A stretch of 64,000 nucleotides of DNA from Phallusia mammillata (lineage: Eukaryota), in contig OZ281497.1 of assembly GCA_965637545.1 (NCBI GenBank), forward strand, positions 14,012,001 to 14,076,000, read 5' to 3'. Every line of letters begins with the position of its first letter. The stretch's first letter is position 1. Position numbers and translations under genes: made by a program. The notes under the pieces were generated by a model. The model saw only the letters and a program-made list of their open reading frames with translations, did not search any database and was not told where the DNA came from. Shown here in pieces: positions 13,801-25,800 of this stretch.

Positions 13801-16800
13801 TGGCACGCTGTGTCGTCCGCGCACAGTAAGCGTCAACATGGAAGGTTGCAGTTTAACGTTGACGGTGGTTTGAAGAGATTTTTCGTCCAGATCCATTTCA
13901 ATACCGCCAGTCCATGATTGGGGTTTTGTTTCGCCACAGAATATGGTAAGCACATTTTCTCGCGGTACGTTGGTCAATTCGCGAATATTGTGGCTAAATG
14001 AAAGTTGTAGCTCGTTTCGTACGTTGGTGGGATCACGGGTCCAAGTAACAGTAACATCAGCGCGGTTGTTTTCAGCAGGTTGAATTGAATATTCCAACGC
14101 GGTTGATAATGACTCATCGCTCCAAAGAAAGTTCACAGAGCCTTGGACTGAACGCGGAACACCCAAGTGCACAACTACTGTTTGCTCACTTTCCATTGAA
14201 ATGCGAACGTTTCTTGCTGCATTCTGTAGAGTAAACGAAACTCTAGCGAGCTTTTCGCCCAGAGTGACATCGGTGCTGATAGTGTATCGTTCGTCCTGTT
14301 TTCTGTATGCCAAGGCAATGCGCACTTCTTGTGGAACGCCCATTTGAGTGAGTGTTTCGAAAGTCTGCGCCAATGACAGCGTCATTTCCAGACGTACTTG
14401 CTCGGTGAAAACTGTTGAAAAGCCACAGGTGGCTTCGATTCTGCTTGTTTCTGAATTTAAAGTTTGGTCGTATGAAACGGTAGCAGAGTAGTCTTCCAGC
14501 CGAACCTCAAAGTTTGTTTCCAAAGTTGAGGGAACGTACGCTTCGAGCAGAGGTGAGTTTCGGATCTCCTGCTCGAATTCTACTCGAAGTGACGTTGTGG
14601 TTAAGGTGTATGAAGTGGCTGAGCGGAAAGAGCAGTCATCTCCAGTTACTGAAATGCTCGCTCTGATTTCATTCCATTTATTTGGTGCTGCGATTGATAC
14701 TTGTAATTGTGTGACACGTGGAATCGCGTAGTCTTGCTTTAAGTTATCCATGTCGTGACTGAACTGTATCGTGAGGACTGCGCTTTGTTCAGCTTCGTTC
14801 CACTCAGCAGCTATGGAGCCAGACAAACTGTTTTCCGTGTCGTCTTGAGTGACACGCGTTTGGAAAGTCATTCCGTTTGTGGTTGGCGTTGTTTCCACAG
14901 AAACCTGTTGAGTGCGCAAGAAACCGTACTGTTCAAGCAAGGCTCCCATGTCATGACCTGCATTGACTGACAGTCGCAAAGATGGCCGAACTTCTGAGTC
15001 AGAAACAACGACATCTTGGATCGAGGTTTGCAATGTTGCGTGGATCTGTTTGTCGCCAAGTTGAACCAAAACCCCGGTATTTAGGCTTCTAGAGTTATCG
15101 GTTTGGGCATTGTTGTAAAACAACGTCGCTTGAAGATGTCTAGGAACTTGGTACTCATCAGCCCAACGTGCAACGTCATGGTTACTACGAACAACGAGCT
15201 CATTGCGTCGTGTGTCCCTGTTAAACCCGTATGTGCCCTCAACCTGAACGTTTTCGGTTAAGCTGCCGTACTGCAATTGCAAGTCGCCGCGATATCCATT
15301 GGCAATTTGCGAAACGTCGCCAGTGATGGCAATGCTGGCGGGAAACTCTGGCCACGTGGTTTGCAAGAGTTCTAAAGATTGGACGACTGATCCAGTCACC
15401 ATCCACTCTGCGTCACTTCTACGTTCTTGTTGATAGTTCAATTCCAACGACTGATCGCCGACAGAACACCGCATTGTCAGTTCCGAAGTTTCACTGTTTA
15501 AGTTTGCATTAAGATTGACATCTACGGATGAAGCAAGCTGGTACCAAACAGAGCTTTCGTCGAGTTCCGAGGTCATGTCTTGTCGCAGTGTCGCAGTAAA
15601 ACTGTTGGCATTGTTACCGGTTGTAGATTTTCTGGTAGTAATTCTCGCTGTGTTTTGCTTGCGTCCGCGCTGTGTACGAAGTTCACCTTCATAACCGGAG
15701 TTGCTGTTTGAGCCTCCAGTAATTGTAATTGTTAACTGGTCGGACATAGGAAGATTTGGAACGTTGTGGTTGTTGTCCATGCGAACCTCGTATAATCCGG
15801 TACTTGGTTTGTTAAGCGTAAACGTTGTGTTCACCACAAACCTGTTTAACTCGGTTTGTAAATTGACTTTCTGCCTGTCACCAGTCTTTTGATAAGAACC
15901 GCTGATTCGCAAATGTTCTGGAACTTGCATTGATGTCAACCAATCGAAGTTATGGCTTTCGTACAAAGTAAAATCAGCGTATTCGCCATTCTCACTGCTG
16001 GTTGAAACAATTTGAGTGTTGAGCACCTTAGTACCGAGCTTGTAGTTTCCAACCATGTCGCACCGTTCGTTGTTTGTCCTCTTTACAGAGAACGCCATCG
16101 CAAAGTCTCGAGGTATACTGTAGATCAGTTCCAGGTCACGCCAAGTGTGGGAAAGTTCCGTACGTGTTGACCATTCACCTGTCAGGAGGGTGACGTTAAG
16201 TCCGCTGTAGACATTGAAAGTGTTTTCTCCGAACACAGAGGAAAGTGATGCATGAAGGCCGGTCGGAGCTAGATTTCCTGTAACTTTGTTATCTATTACA
16301 ACAGGTACGTTGTACGATGAAAGTTCGGGAAAGTTATGATTGACTTTGAATGATGCAGTTGCTCCGTTTCGAGCCCGGTCGTAGATGTAGAATGCTGTGG
16401 TGTCCAAACATTTTGATTCATAGCATACTTCCATTGACATCTGTTGTACGTTTGAAACACCTTGGTAGAAAAGCGAAATTTGGATATTTCTTGGAAAACC
16501 TCGGTTTATCAGTTCAGGAACGTCTTGTACCAAGCTAACATTCAAAGCGTGTTTCTTGGTCACAGTAACGGTAACAGTGTTCACTTTTCCGCCGTTGCGG
16601 TTGACAGTAATTTGGAGACTGCCACCCTGCACTTCAGTGGTTGGTTGCAAAGAAACAATTGCATCAAGCGTTTCTGGAACTCCAAGCTTTATTAGCTGCC
16701 TGAAGTCCTGATTTATGCCAAAGCGAAGCGCATATCCCTTCACATCTTCTGTGCCCTCAATTTCGTTTAATTCTGTAGTTATGTCAAATTTTGAGTGGCC

Positions 16801-19800
16801 AAACCAGACGGTGGATCCGACTTGGAAAGCAGGCAAGACCTTTCTCACCATGTAACGAGCTGTAATCTTCATAGAGTTTGGAATAATTGCTTCCAAAGAC
16901 TGAATTCGGTGGTTAATGCTGAAGCTTAATTCGCGTTGGGCGCGTTTTGATCCTTCTGAGATAATTTGGTTGGTTGTCCTGAACACGACACTCTGCTCAA
17001 CCACATCTTGCGACCATTCGATTTCCAGCATCTGGTTGTCCACTTCAACTTGAAGTTGTGCACTCATTCTGTTCGTACGCATCACCCCGAAACTTGTAAG
17101 TGAGTCACAATCATGTTGTAGATTCATTGATAACTCAACATCCATGTTGGTTCTTCTAAGCACCACCGACGTTTCGATTACTGCTACTTGGTCGACGTTG
17201 ACTGTCAGTGAAGGGCGAATCTCTTGTACTGCTTGAAGCCATGAGTCCTCCTCAGGATCTTGTTTAACGAAAAAGTTAAATATCACTTCTGAGTCTCTGG
17301 GAATGCCAAGCTGGTCCAGGAGAAGCGGAATGTCGTGAGAAAACTGCAATGTCCTAGAAAGCTGAGTTCTATCCGACAAAGGAGCTTCGCTGGGATAATG
17401 GATCATGATTTGTGCAAAATGAGATTGTTGTTCCAGCATAAGTCGCGCCCGGGCGGTCATTTGATCACTGGCGGTTGTCAAACGGGTCGATGCCTGAAGT
17501 TCCATTGGATATCCAAGGTCCTGTGACAAATACTGGAAGTTTTGCGAGGTGATGTAACTAATCTCATAACGATTTTGTGATTGCTGTCGAATATTGAGAT
17601 CGATGTCGATGTGCTTTCCGTCACTCGTTCTAAAATTGGCAGAGTACATGTTTCGGTTAGTTTCGCCAGTTTCCGTGCGCATGTTGGCAGTTCCGTGTAC
17701 GGCGTCTGGAATGCCATTTGATCTAAGAACAGGAGCGTTGTTTGTCATTTCCAAAGCAACATCCATTTCTTCCTCGCCGGCGCGAGTTTGTCCTGCTCCC
17801 AACGAAAAGTGAAATTCGTTGCTTGCAGGGAAAATCAAACCAATGCTTCCATCCATACGCTTTCTGTCACGCGGTTTGGATACAGAAATCCTTCCTGAAA
17901 TCGGGATGCTTTCCAAATCTTCCGGGGCAGCAAAAAGGTTAAAGTTCACTGGATCACGATTTAGATCTATGACGTAACGCCATTGGTTTTGATAAGATGA
18001 TGGGTCGATCATAAGCGAGATATCAAAGTTGGTTTTCGAATCGTCAGATTTGGAGAAAAATTCAAATGTCTTCTTGCTTGCTCCCTCTCTCGTAAGAGTT
18101 GCCTTAGAGAGGAAGTTTTGAGGAACAACTGTAAGTTTCGGAAAGTTGTGACTGGTTCCAAACTCCAATTCTAGAATTTCGGTCTCGTCGCCTGGTTGAT
18201 ACATCACAGTTGCTTTGAGACCTATTTGCCGACGTCTGAACTCAACGTTAATATCAGTACCAAAAGTGTTGTTGTTGCCTGCAAGCAACGAAGCCTGAAC
18301 CTCTACTGCTTTAGGTATTCCCATCTTATCAAGTGTTGTGAAGGTGTGGCGAACATTGTAAATGAAGCCGTAAGTTAACGGATCGGCGTTGACGCCAATC
18401 TTACCCTTGAACCGTTCTTGGAATATAGCAAAGTCCCACCAAATACAGTAACCGCTTTGCATTTTTAATCCAAAGCTGATTTTAGTTGGAGGAGTATCGG
18501 TATCGTCAGTTTTGCTTGTGAAGTCCAAATTGTGTCGCATGGAATAATCAAATTTGTAATCATTGGTTTCCGGATTGAATCTGTACCCGGTGTTGAAACG
18601 GAAGAACTTGTAGGTATCGTCGATCCGAATTTCCATGTTACCCTTGGCGTAGTTCCACGGACTTATCTTACCAGTAAAGGTTCCCGACACATTGAAAGGA
18701 ATGTTGAAAAGCGTGTTTAGCGTCTCAAATGTATGCTGGAGACTGACTTGGTAGCTGTCTTGCACATTTTCAATTGGTGGAATAGAAAAATGAATGCTGA
18801 AATCATCACTGTTATCGTCTAGTGATACACCTCCTATGAGTCCAGCTTCTTGGTCCCCATCCTTTGCGTAAACCTCAACGTGTGTCTCAAAAGTTTCTGG
18901 CATTCCGTAGGACGCCACAAAAAAACCGCTGATGTCAGAGTTGCCGGCAAAGGTAAGTGACGTACCATTGCAGTTTAGTGATGCTGTTGCCCTTAAGGAA
19001 TTCTCAGCGCCGAAATTCAGTTCTCCGTTGGCCCAGAACCCGACATTGCAATCCAATTCCTCAATTTGAATGGAAGCTGACGAACGCTCAGGGATGCCAA
19101 GTTCGTTTTGCAAATACTGATAGTTGTGAGAAAACTGCACCACGAGCTTAGTTCCTTTGAATTGTCCGTTCATAATATCACGCTGGAAAATCGTCGCTTC
19201 AACGTGTTTGCGGTCGTCGTCAAACAGCTGGGACATCCTAACTGTGAATCCATTATTTACCTTGTGGATGTTAAACCGAATGTCGCTTTCCTCTGGCAAA
19301 CCTGCCTCGGTAAACTTGGGCAAGTTCTGATTAGCGGTCATAGTAAGTTCCAAACTAACCGGACTTCCATTTTCATTTTGCCTCACAGCGTTTAGGTTGG
19401 TGCGGATATACTTGTCACCCAAATCAACGTTTACAGACAAAGATGAGGACACGCTTGGAAGATCGCTACCAGATGCTCCCTCCATTGTCAAACTCATGCG
19501 AGTTTTCTTTGGGACCGACCATGTGGTTGTAAGCCACTTTGAATTGTGAGTTACAGCAAGGGTCATTTCATTGCGAATGGTGCCATCAGACTGACGGTCA
19601 GTATTGGTGCTGCCTGTGATCTTACCATGAATGGAGTCGACGCGATAAGTCAGTTGAACATTTCCATCATCAGGTGAACGCACAAAGACAATGCTCGAAG
19701 TTTGCGGAACGCTGAGATCGTTTAATGCAGCAAAACCTTGTCGGTGGTTGATGTCTAGTCTAAATCCTTCGGCGAGATCGAGGGAAATTTCTGCGTCACC

Positions 19801-22800
19801 TTCTTGTGCTCCTAGAGCCATGCGCAGGCCGAGGCCGTACTTGATCTCAGGATTCCAGTGTGCAGTAAGTACAGCTTCTGATAGAGATGGTAGTTGAAGG
19901 TCAGTATTGTGTTGAAACACAACTCTCAGAGAGTAGGGATCGACCGTTGGGTTTTCTGGTTTTGTTACAGCAACGCGTCCTGTCATTAGAATTTCGCTTT
20001 GACTGCTGATTTCCAGAACTGTTGAGGTTTCTTGTGTATCGCGGTTGATCATTCTTAGGTTTAACTGAACCGGTGATGGAACTTGCAAGTCATCCGTGAG
20101 GTAGGGTAAATTTTGTTGCATACGCATTACAATTTGAGGTTGCTCGGTATTTACGGATGCGGAGAGGTTGCAACGATATTGGTCATCCTCTCCCACTACC
20201 ACGTTGCCGCTGACAGAGTACTGAGGTTCTGCGTATTCTGCTGCATACTCAAAAACAACATTTTCTGGAAGAGCACGGAAAAACATTCGGGAAAGGTTTT
20301 GTCTCCATTTCGCGTTACCGGAACAGCGACTTGCTTCATTGGAGTCAACATTTACTTCCATTAGAAGATGTTCGTTATCGTCGACAGTCATGTTAAACAT
20401 CAAGCCTGACGATTCAGCAGAACGAGAATGTACACGAGCATGAGACACAAAGTTTTGTGGAAGCCCGATGGTCCATGGAATATTATACCGCATTGAACGT
20501 GATACATCAAAGTTGCTGAAATCGGTAAAACCAACTTGCATGTCGTTGAAGAAAAACACAGAATTATCTTCGAAAGTGGAAGGGCTGGCGACATTAAGTC
20601 TTGCTCCGAATTCGTGGTGCACGTCGAATGATTGGCTGATTGGACGGGCGTACACGTTGGCATCGATGTTCAGGTCAGTGGGAATGTACTTCACCAAGGT
20701 GTTTTCGTTATGATTGCATGATAACGAAAGATCTAACCTATTTTCCGCGCTGTACCATTCGCCATCAGCAGGAACGTGTCGGTTTCCCATTCCACTTATT
20801 TCAATGTACTTCTGGCCCTGCGTTGAGTCAATCCACTCCATTCTACAGATATTTTTTAAAATTAATACTTGAGACAACTAACAGCGCTTGAAATTGGTGT
20901 TAACAACATGATAACCGAAGTCTTACCTGGTAGTGAAGTTTCGACCAAACAAATGAGTATTTTCAAATGCATTGTTCGAAGTAGACTTCTCGTTCACCGT
21001 TTCACCGAAAAATCGCATTTCTTTCGCAGGATGCAGAAGAGTGAAATTGAACCTAAACAATATAAAACGTTTAAACCTGGAAAAGGAACATTATTTTTCA
21101 TTTGCATACCTTTTGACAAGCAGTATGTCTGGCATTACTCCTGTGGTCTGTTGGTTGATTGTAGTAGTCACATCCAATTGATCGTTCCATAAGCTCTTTA
21201 AAGTCGTTACTCCTATTTGGAAAGGCAGATTTATAGCGGGTGTAATCATAATTTATAGAACTATTTAAGAAACAGGCGTACTTAAACTCAACTTCAAAAA
21301 AGGATAACTTTGATAGAATACCTGTTACAGTAAAATCGTTTTCTGGGACCCATTCGGAGTCGGTTGTCCAGTCCGACGAAAAGAGGAAGAGGTCTTCAGC
21401 AGCTGGCAGAGGTTGAATAAAACTCAAATCGTACTTTAAAGTCCTTTCACGAGACACTTCCACAACAGCCTGAGGGCGGTAGAGATGCATAGAAAATCCA
21501 CGTTGGCGATCCATTGTGGTGATGTTGCTCACCATTTGAATCTAAACAGTAACAAATATTCAAACAACTTTAAATACACGATTATAATGATTAAATATTT
21601 ACAAAGTTTTTATCATAGCACACAATTATACTTTTTTATTTAAACAAGCGCAACAAAAAGGCATATACCTGTAGTCCACTGGCTTGACCAATAGCGTAAT
21701 TTCCAAACGACATGAGTTTTCCGGATTGGACGGTATTCAGTCGCTGCAAAGCAGACAGTGTACCCCATGGAGTTGTGACTTTAACTTGACCTTCCAGTTT
21801 TGTCTTACGCTGAGTGGATTCGTCCGAAGCAAAAAGGTCAAACAGAAGCGGATTCGAGTTTTCCGAATTGCTACATAACAAATGATATGAATGAAATTGA
21901 AAATAAACGTTTTGCAGAAGTATAAAAAACGCTTTGTTTACCTAAAAGAACCACTAAGAGCGGCCATCTTGTTTTGGTCAGTTGTCCAGTCGAACAGGTG
22001 ACGCAGTGTCGCCCTGTAGGAAACGTCATATTCCGGAATCGACAAACTCCACAATCCTTCTAAGTTGGCTTTTACCTCATCGGAAAGATTGGTCAAGACC
22101 TGTGCAAAGTTTAAGTAGGTTTAAGCCGACATGACAATTTTAGGAACCGCTGGTGAAGACCTAATACAAAGGTTGCAAGCTACTTGTAAATCACAAACTA
22201 CAAACACAGAAGAACTTGCTTAAAATTAGATAATAGAGCAGCATGCACCCACCTGTTTGATAGCCAACTTTCTGGTGTTTGACTTTTTGTCGTATTGTGC
22301 ACCGTAGTTAATTGCCAGTGATGAATCTAGTTGTTCACCCGATGAGCTGTGTTCAAGTTGGATCTTATGGTTAAGGGAAGGAAATTGCGAGAAGGCAGCA
22401 TCTGTTGATACGCTCCACTGACTTTCATCCTCGCTTGACTGATCAGTGAACTGCATCAAGATGAGATGCCAATTTAGTTTGATTGAATAAATTGAGAAAA
22501 TCAGATGTGAGTAAAAAATATTTTGTAAATCTGCCCTGAAAAGCTCTTAAACGTTACCTTGTGAGAAAGGGTTACTGTTTGTTGTTCCAGCCCAAACAGG
22601 GAGTAGTTTATTGTTAAGTGTGTGCGATCTCGACCATTCCTTCGTGAGCTTCGTACTTGTCCATCCATGTTACCAAAACCAGGCAGTTGGACCAGACCGT
22701 TTCCGTTGTAGGAAACGCGGTCGTTTTCCACAGTTTTCTCCGCGTCAGCTGCATAACGTTGTAACGTTAGACATGAAATGTAGTAATTAATACAAACTTT

Positions 22801-25800
22801 TTCAACAACTATGGTTAATGACAATTCCGAATTTTGATATTTGGCTTACCTTGTAATACAATAGGTTGTGTAAGAACATTCGTTACTTCCATACGACCTT
22901 CCATTTGTCTTCCCTCTGAGTAGGCAAACGAACCACTTGCTGTGGGTGGAGCATCTCTCAACAATGGTGTGATAACTTTCGCATTTCTGTTTTAACAAAA
23001 ATATATTGTAAATTTATCTTTATGCACAATATCTACCGTTTCTTATGCACAATTTCCTACCCATTCCAAATGTGTCCACCAGTTCTGGATGTCTCATACA
23101 AAAGACTTGCGTCGGCTGAATACGTCTGCATTTCATCAATAGTCACAACGATGCCAGCCCTCTTCTCTGTTTCTTGATTGTGTTTGTTGGCTAAAATTTC
23201 AAATCGGGTTAGCTAATAGAAGAACAGAACAAATTCAGACGGACATTTTAAAATTTACAAACCTTGCAGTTGCAAAGAACGATCTACTGTCGATAGTCTG
23301 ATATTAAAATCGTCCGCAGTAGAAGTAAATGCGAGATTTAATTCTCTGCTCCTATCAACTTGGGACCCGGGAGTGCCGATGAAGAACCGAGCAGTTACCT
23401 GCATGGATCAGATGTAATAAAACCAGTTGGAAGTTTACACACAGCAAAATATATGAATGTGTGTTTTACCTCATCAGGTATGGACGAAGGGCCTGCAGAT
23501 TGCCAGTTGTATCTTGTTTCCAGCAGGTAATAGCTTAAAGTCGGATCAGTTTTGCGGATTTCGAATTTGTAGTCGACAGGTCCAGCAAGAGGAAAGAACG
23601 GTCGCTCATCATCGGCGTTATTCGAGTAGCTTGGACTCGAAGACTCGGTGCAAACCTGCAGAGTTGGTACATTTTATGACTTAAATACTCGCTGTATGTG
23701 TTTAAATTTCATAAACAGAAAACAGCAAATTTGGGATTCAAATGCGAAAAATTATTTGTACCTGTATTCCTAATAGCTGACTTCCCGTCTCTGTGCACCA
23801 GTTGGCTGTGTTAATTGTTGTGGTTGGAACCAACGATGTGCGATCCTGGTCTTGTATTATAAAGATCTGGGATCTAAACAAGAACAAAATCTTGACGTGT
23901 TTGCCTACTTTTTAATTTTGCTCACAACAAACCTAAAGTTTACAACGTCCATGCGTTCTTGCGGGACGTCAATTTTTACGCGGAAGTTCTCTCCGTCGGT
24001 TAGTGACACAGTTCCGTTGACGTCCATTGAGGTGGTAAGTGTAGTTTGTAGGTCAATACCTGATCTAGAAGCCACTCCGATGTCGGTTGACATACTTGCC
24101 TTTATCTCTACAGTACCTCTGTAATTTAGAAGAAACCCCGTTTCACGTGAAGTGGAGTAACGATCAACTGTTGTTTAGGAAATACCTACCTCGGTTGGAC
24201 GTAGCCACCAACGTGGAAGCCTTGAAACAAAATCTTGTTCAAGTCAATCTGCCCTCCAAATGCAACGTCCATTGTCGATGCCCCAGATACTTTAAGTGTT
24301 AGTGGAAAACCAGCGACAGTTGGGACCGTTACACTGCTATCCAACAACATACGACTATGTTGCATTGAGTATTCAGCGCCTGAAAATAATCAAGCGTTGA
24401 AAACAAGAGTTGGAGTAATTCGTAAATGGACGATGTTTACTTACCAGTGGCGAGATTGAATAAAGTTTTCAGGCCACCGAACCAAGAACCAGCATCGGCC
24501 TGTTCAGTGATTTCTTCACCAAACTGTTCAAATACCATTTCATTGCCGAACATGCGCATGAAAATCGATGCTGAAGGATCATCCTCCTGAAAACACAAAA
24601 ATCACGTTAAAATTGAAACCATAACGATTTAATGATCCAAGCTGAAACGTCTACACACCTTAGTCAAATCATTTTGTCTGGTTTTTATTTCCTCTAATTT
24701 TCCGTCGTATTTTGTGACAGCTTCACGTTTCTTTCGTGAATTGGTTTTGTCGATTCCAAGAACTGTTGCCAAGAAGGAATTTTCTAAAGCAAAAAAGGTT
24801 CAGTCAACACTTGAACCGATCTATGTTTGCAATTTAAGATAAAAGGTGTTTAATGCAGTCAAAATGAGTCTGTACGAGAAAGGAAAAAATATTCTTATCA
24901 TGTGTAATTTAAGTCAGCTTTATTTAAATCACATCAAACTTGTTTTTCTGAACACTTATGACCATTTAAATACCAACATGACATTTACCTTGAGCGGCTG
25001 GTCCGATAACTTTTTCTAAAGCACGTTCGACTCCCTGCACTCTGCCTCCGACTTCCAACAAGTTGAAAGCTCCGCCAAACAAATCAACAGTTAGATTGAG
25101 TCTTGCACTTCTGGGGATGAACGATTTTGTTGACCACACCAGATCCCCATCAAGTGCAGCACCGATATTCAATGTTTCTAATCATCAAAACAAAGTTAGA
25201 GGTATGTTTTTTGTGTTTACCACAAAGACTCAAGTCAAAAATACCTGAGAAAAGCGAATTCTCGTAAAAGGACGAATACTTCCGTTTGTCCTTACTGAAC
25301 TTGTCCGTCAAATTGCTGTTCATGAACAACGCACGCAAGTATCCTTTCAGTGGGTCAGAGGACGACTTTACTTCCATCACGTGATTCCATATGTACGAGC
25401 CAACCTGAAAGTTAGTTCAACATATTTTAACAAATAGAATACATTGGTCAGTATTTTTTACGAAAAACTTTATTTTAAGCAATTGCCTATTTCTAATTAT
25501 ACTGTTGGAATTTTTAAAATGTTCTTGTTTCAACCAACCTGATTGACTTCTTCATTTTGCATCAATAGGAAGACATAACGAATGAAATCTGCTGATGGGC
25601 ATCTCATCATAGCGCTGTACGCCGCAATTCGTATTTCCGAGTCTTCCTGAGAATCTCCTAATACTTGTTTCATCGCAGATCGCTGCCGACATATTTTTTG
25701 TTAACTTTTTCCATTATTTTTGTGTTGGCGATGTTCAATTCAACTTACGTCTGCCTGGCAGGTGAGGCGTCGGAAAGCATTCATGGCTGCTAAGCGAATG

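Noticed and set aside
9262-20877. Stand-alone 3871-aa gene of bacterial or viral origin
   Set aside because: It is bounded by in-phase splice sites that connect it to LLT-domain exons upstream and VWD exons downstream. The track's start codon lies in an intron.
9908-20891. Many 60-160 aa plus-strand ORFs opposite the giant exon
   Set aside because: These are antisense shadows expected from codon bias. They show no recognisable motifs or splice structure.
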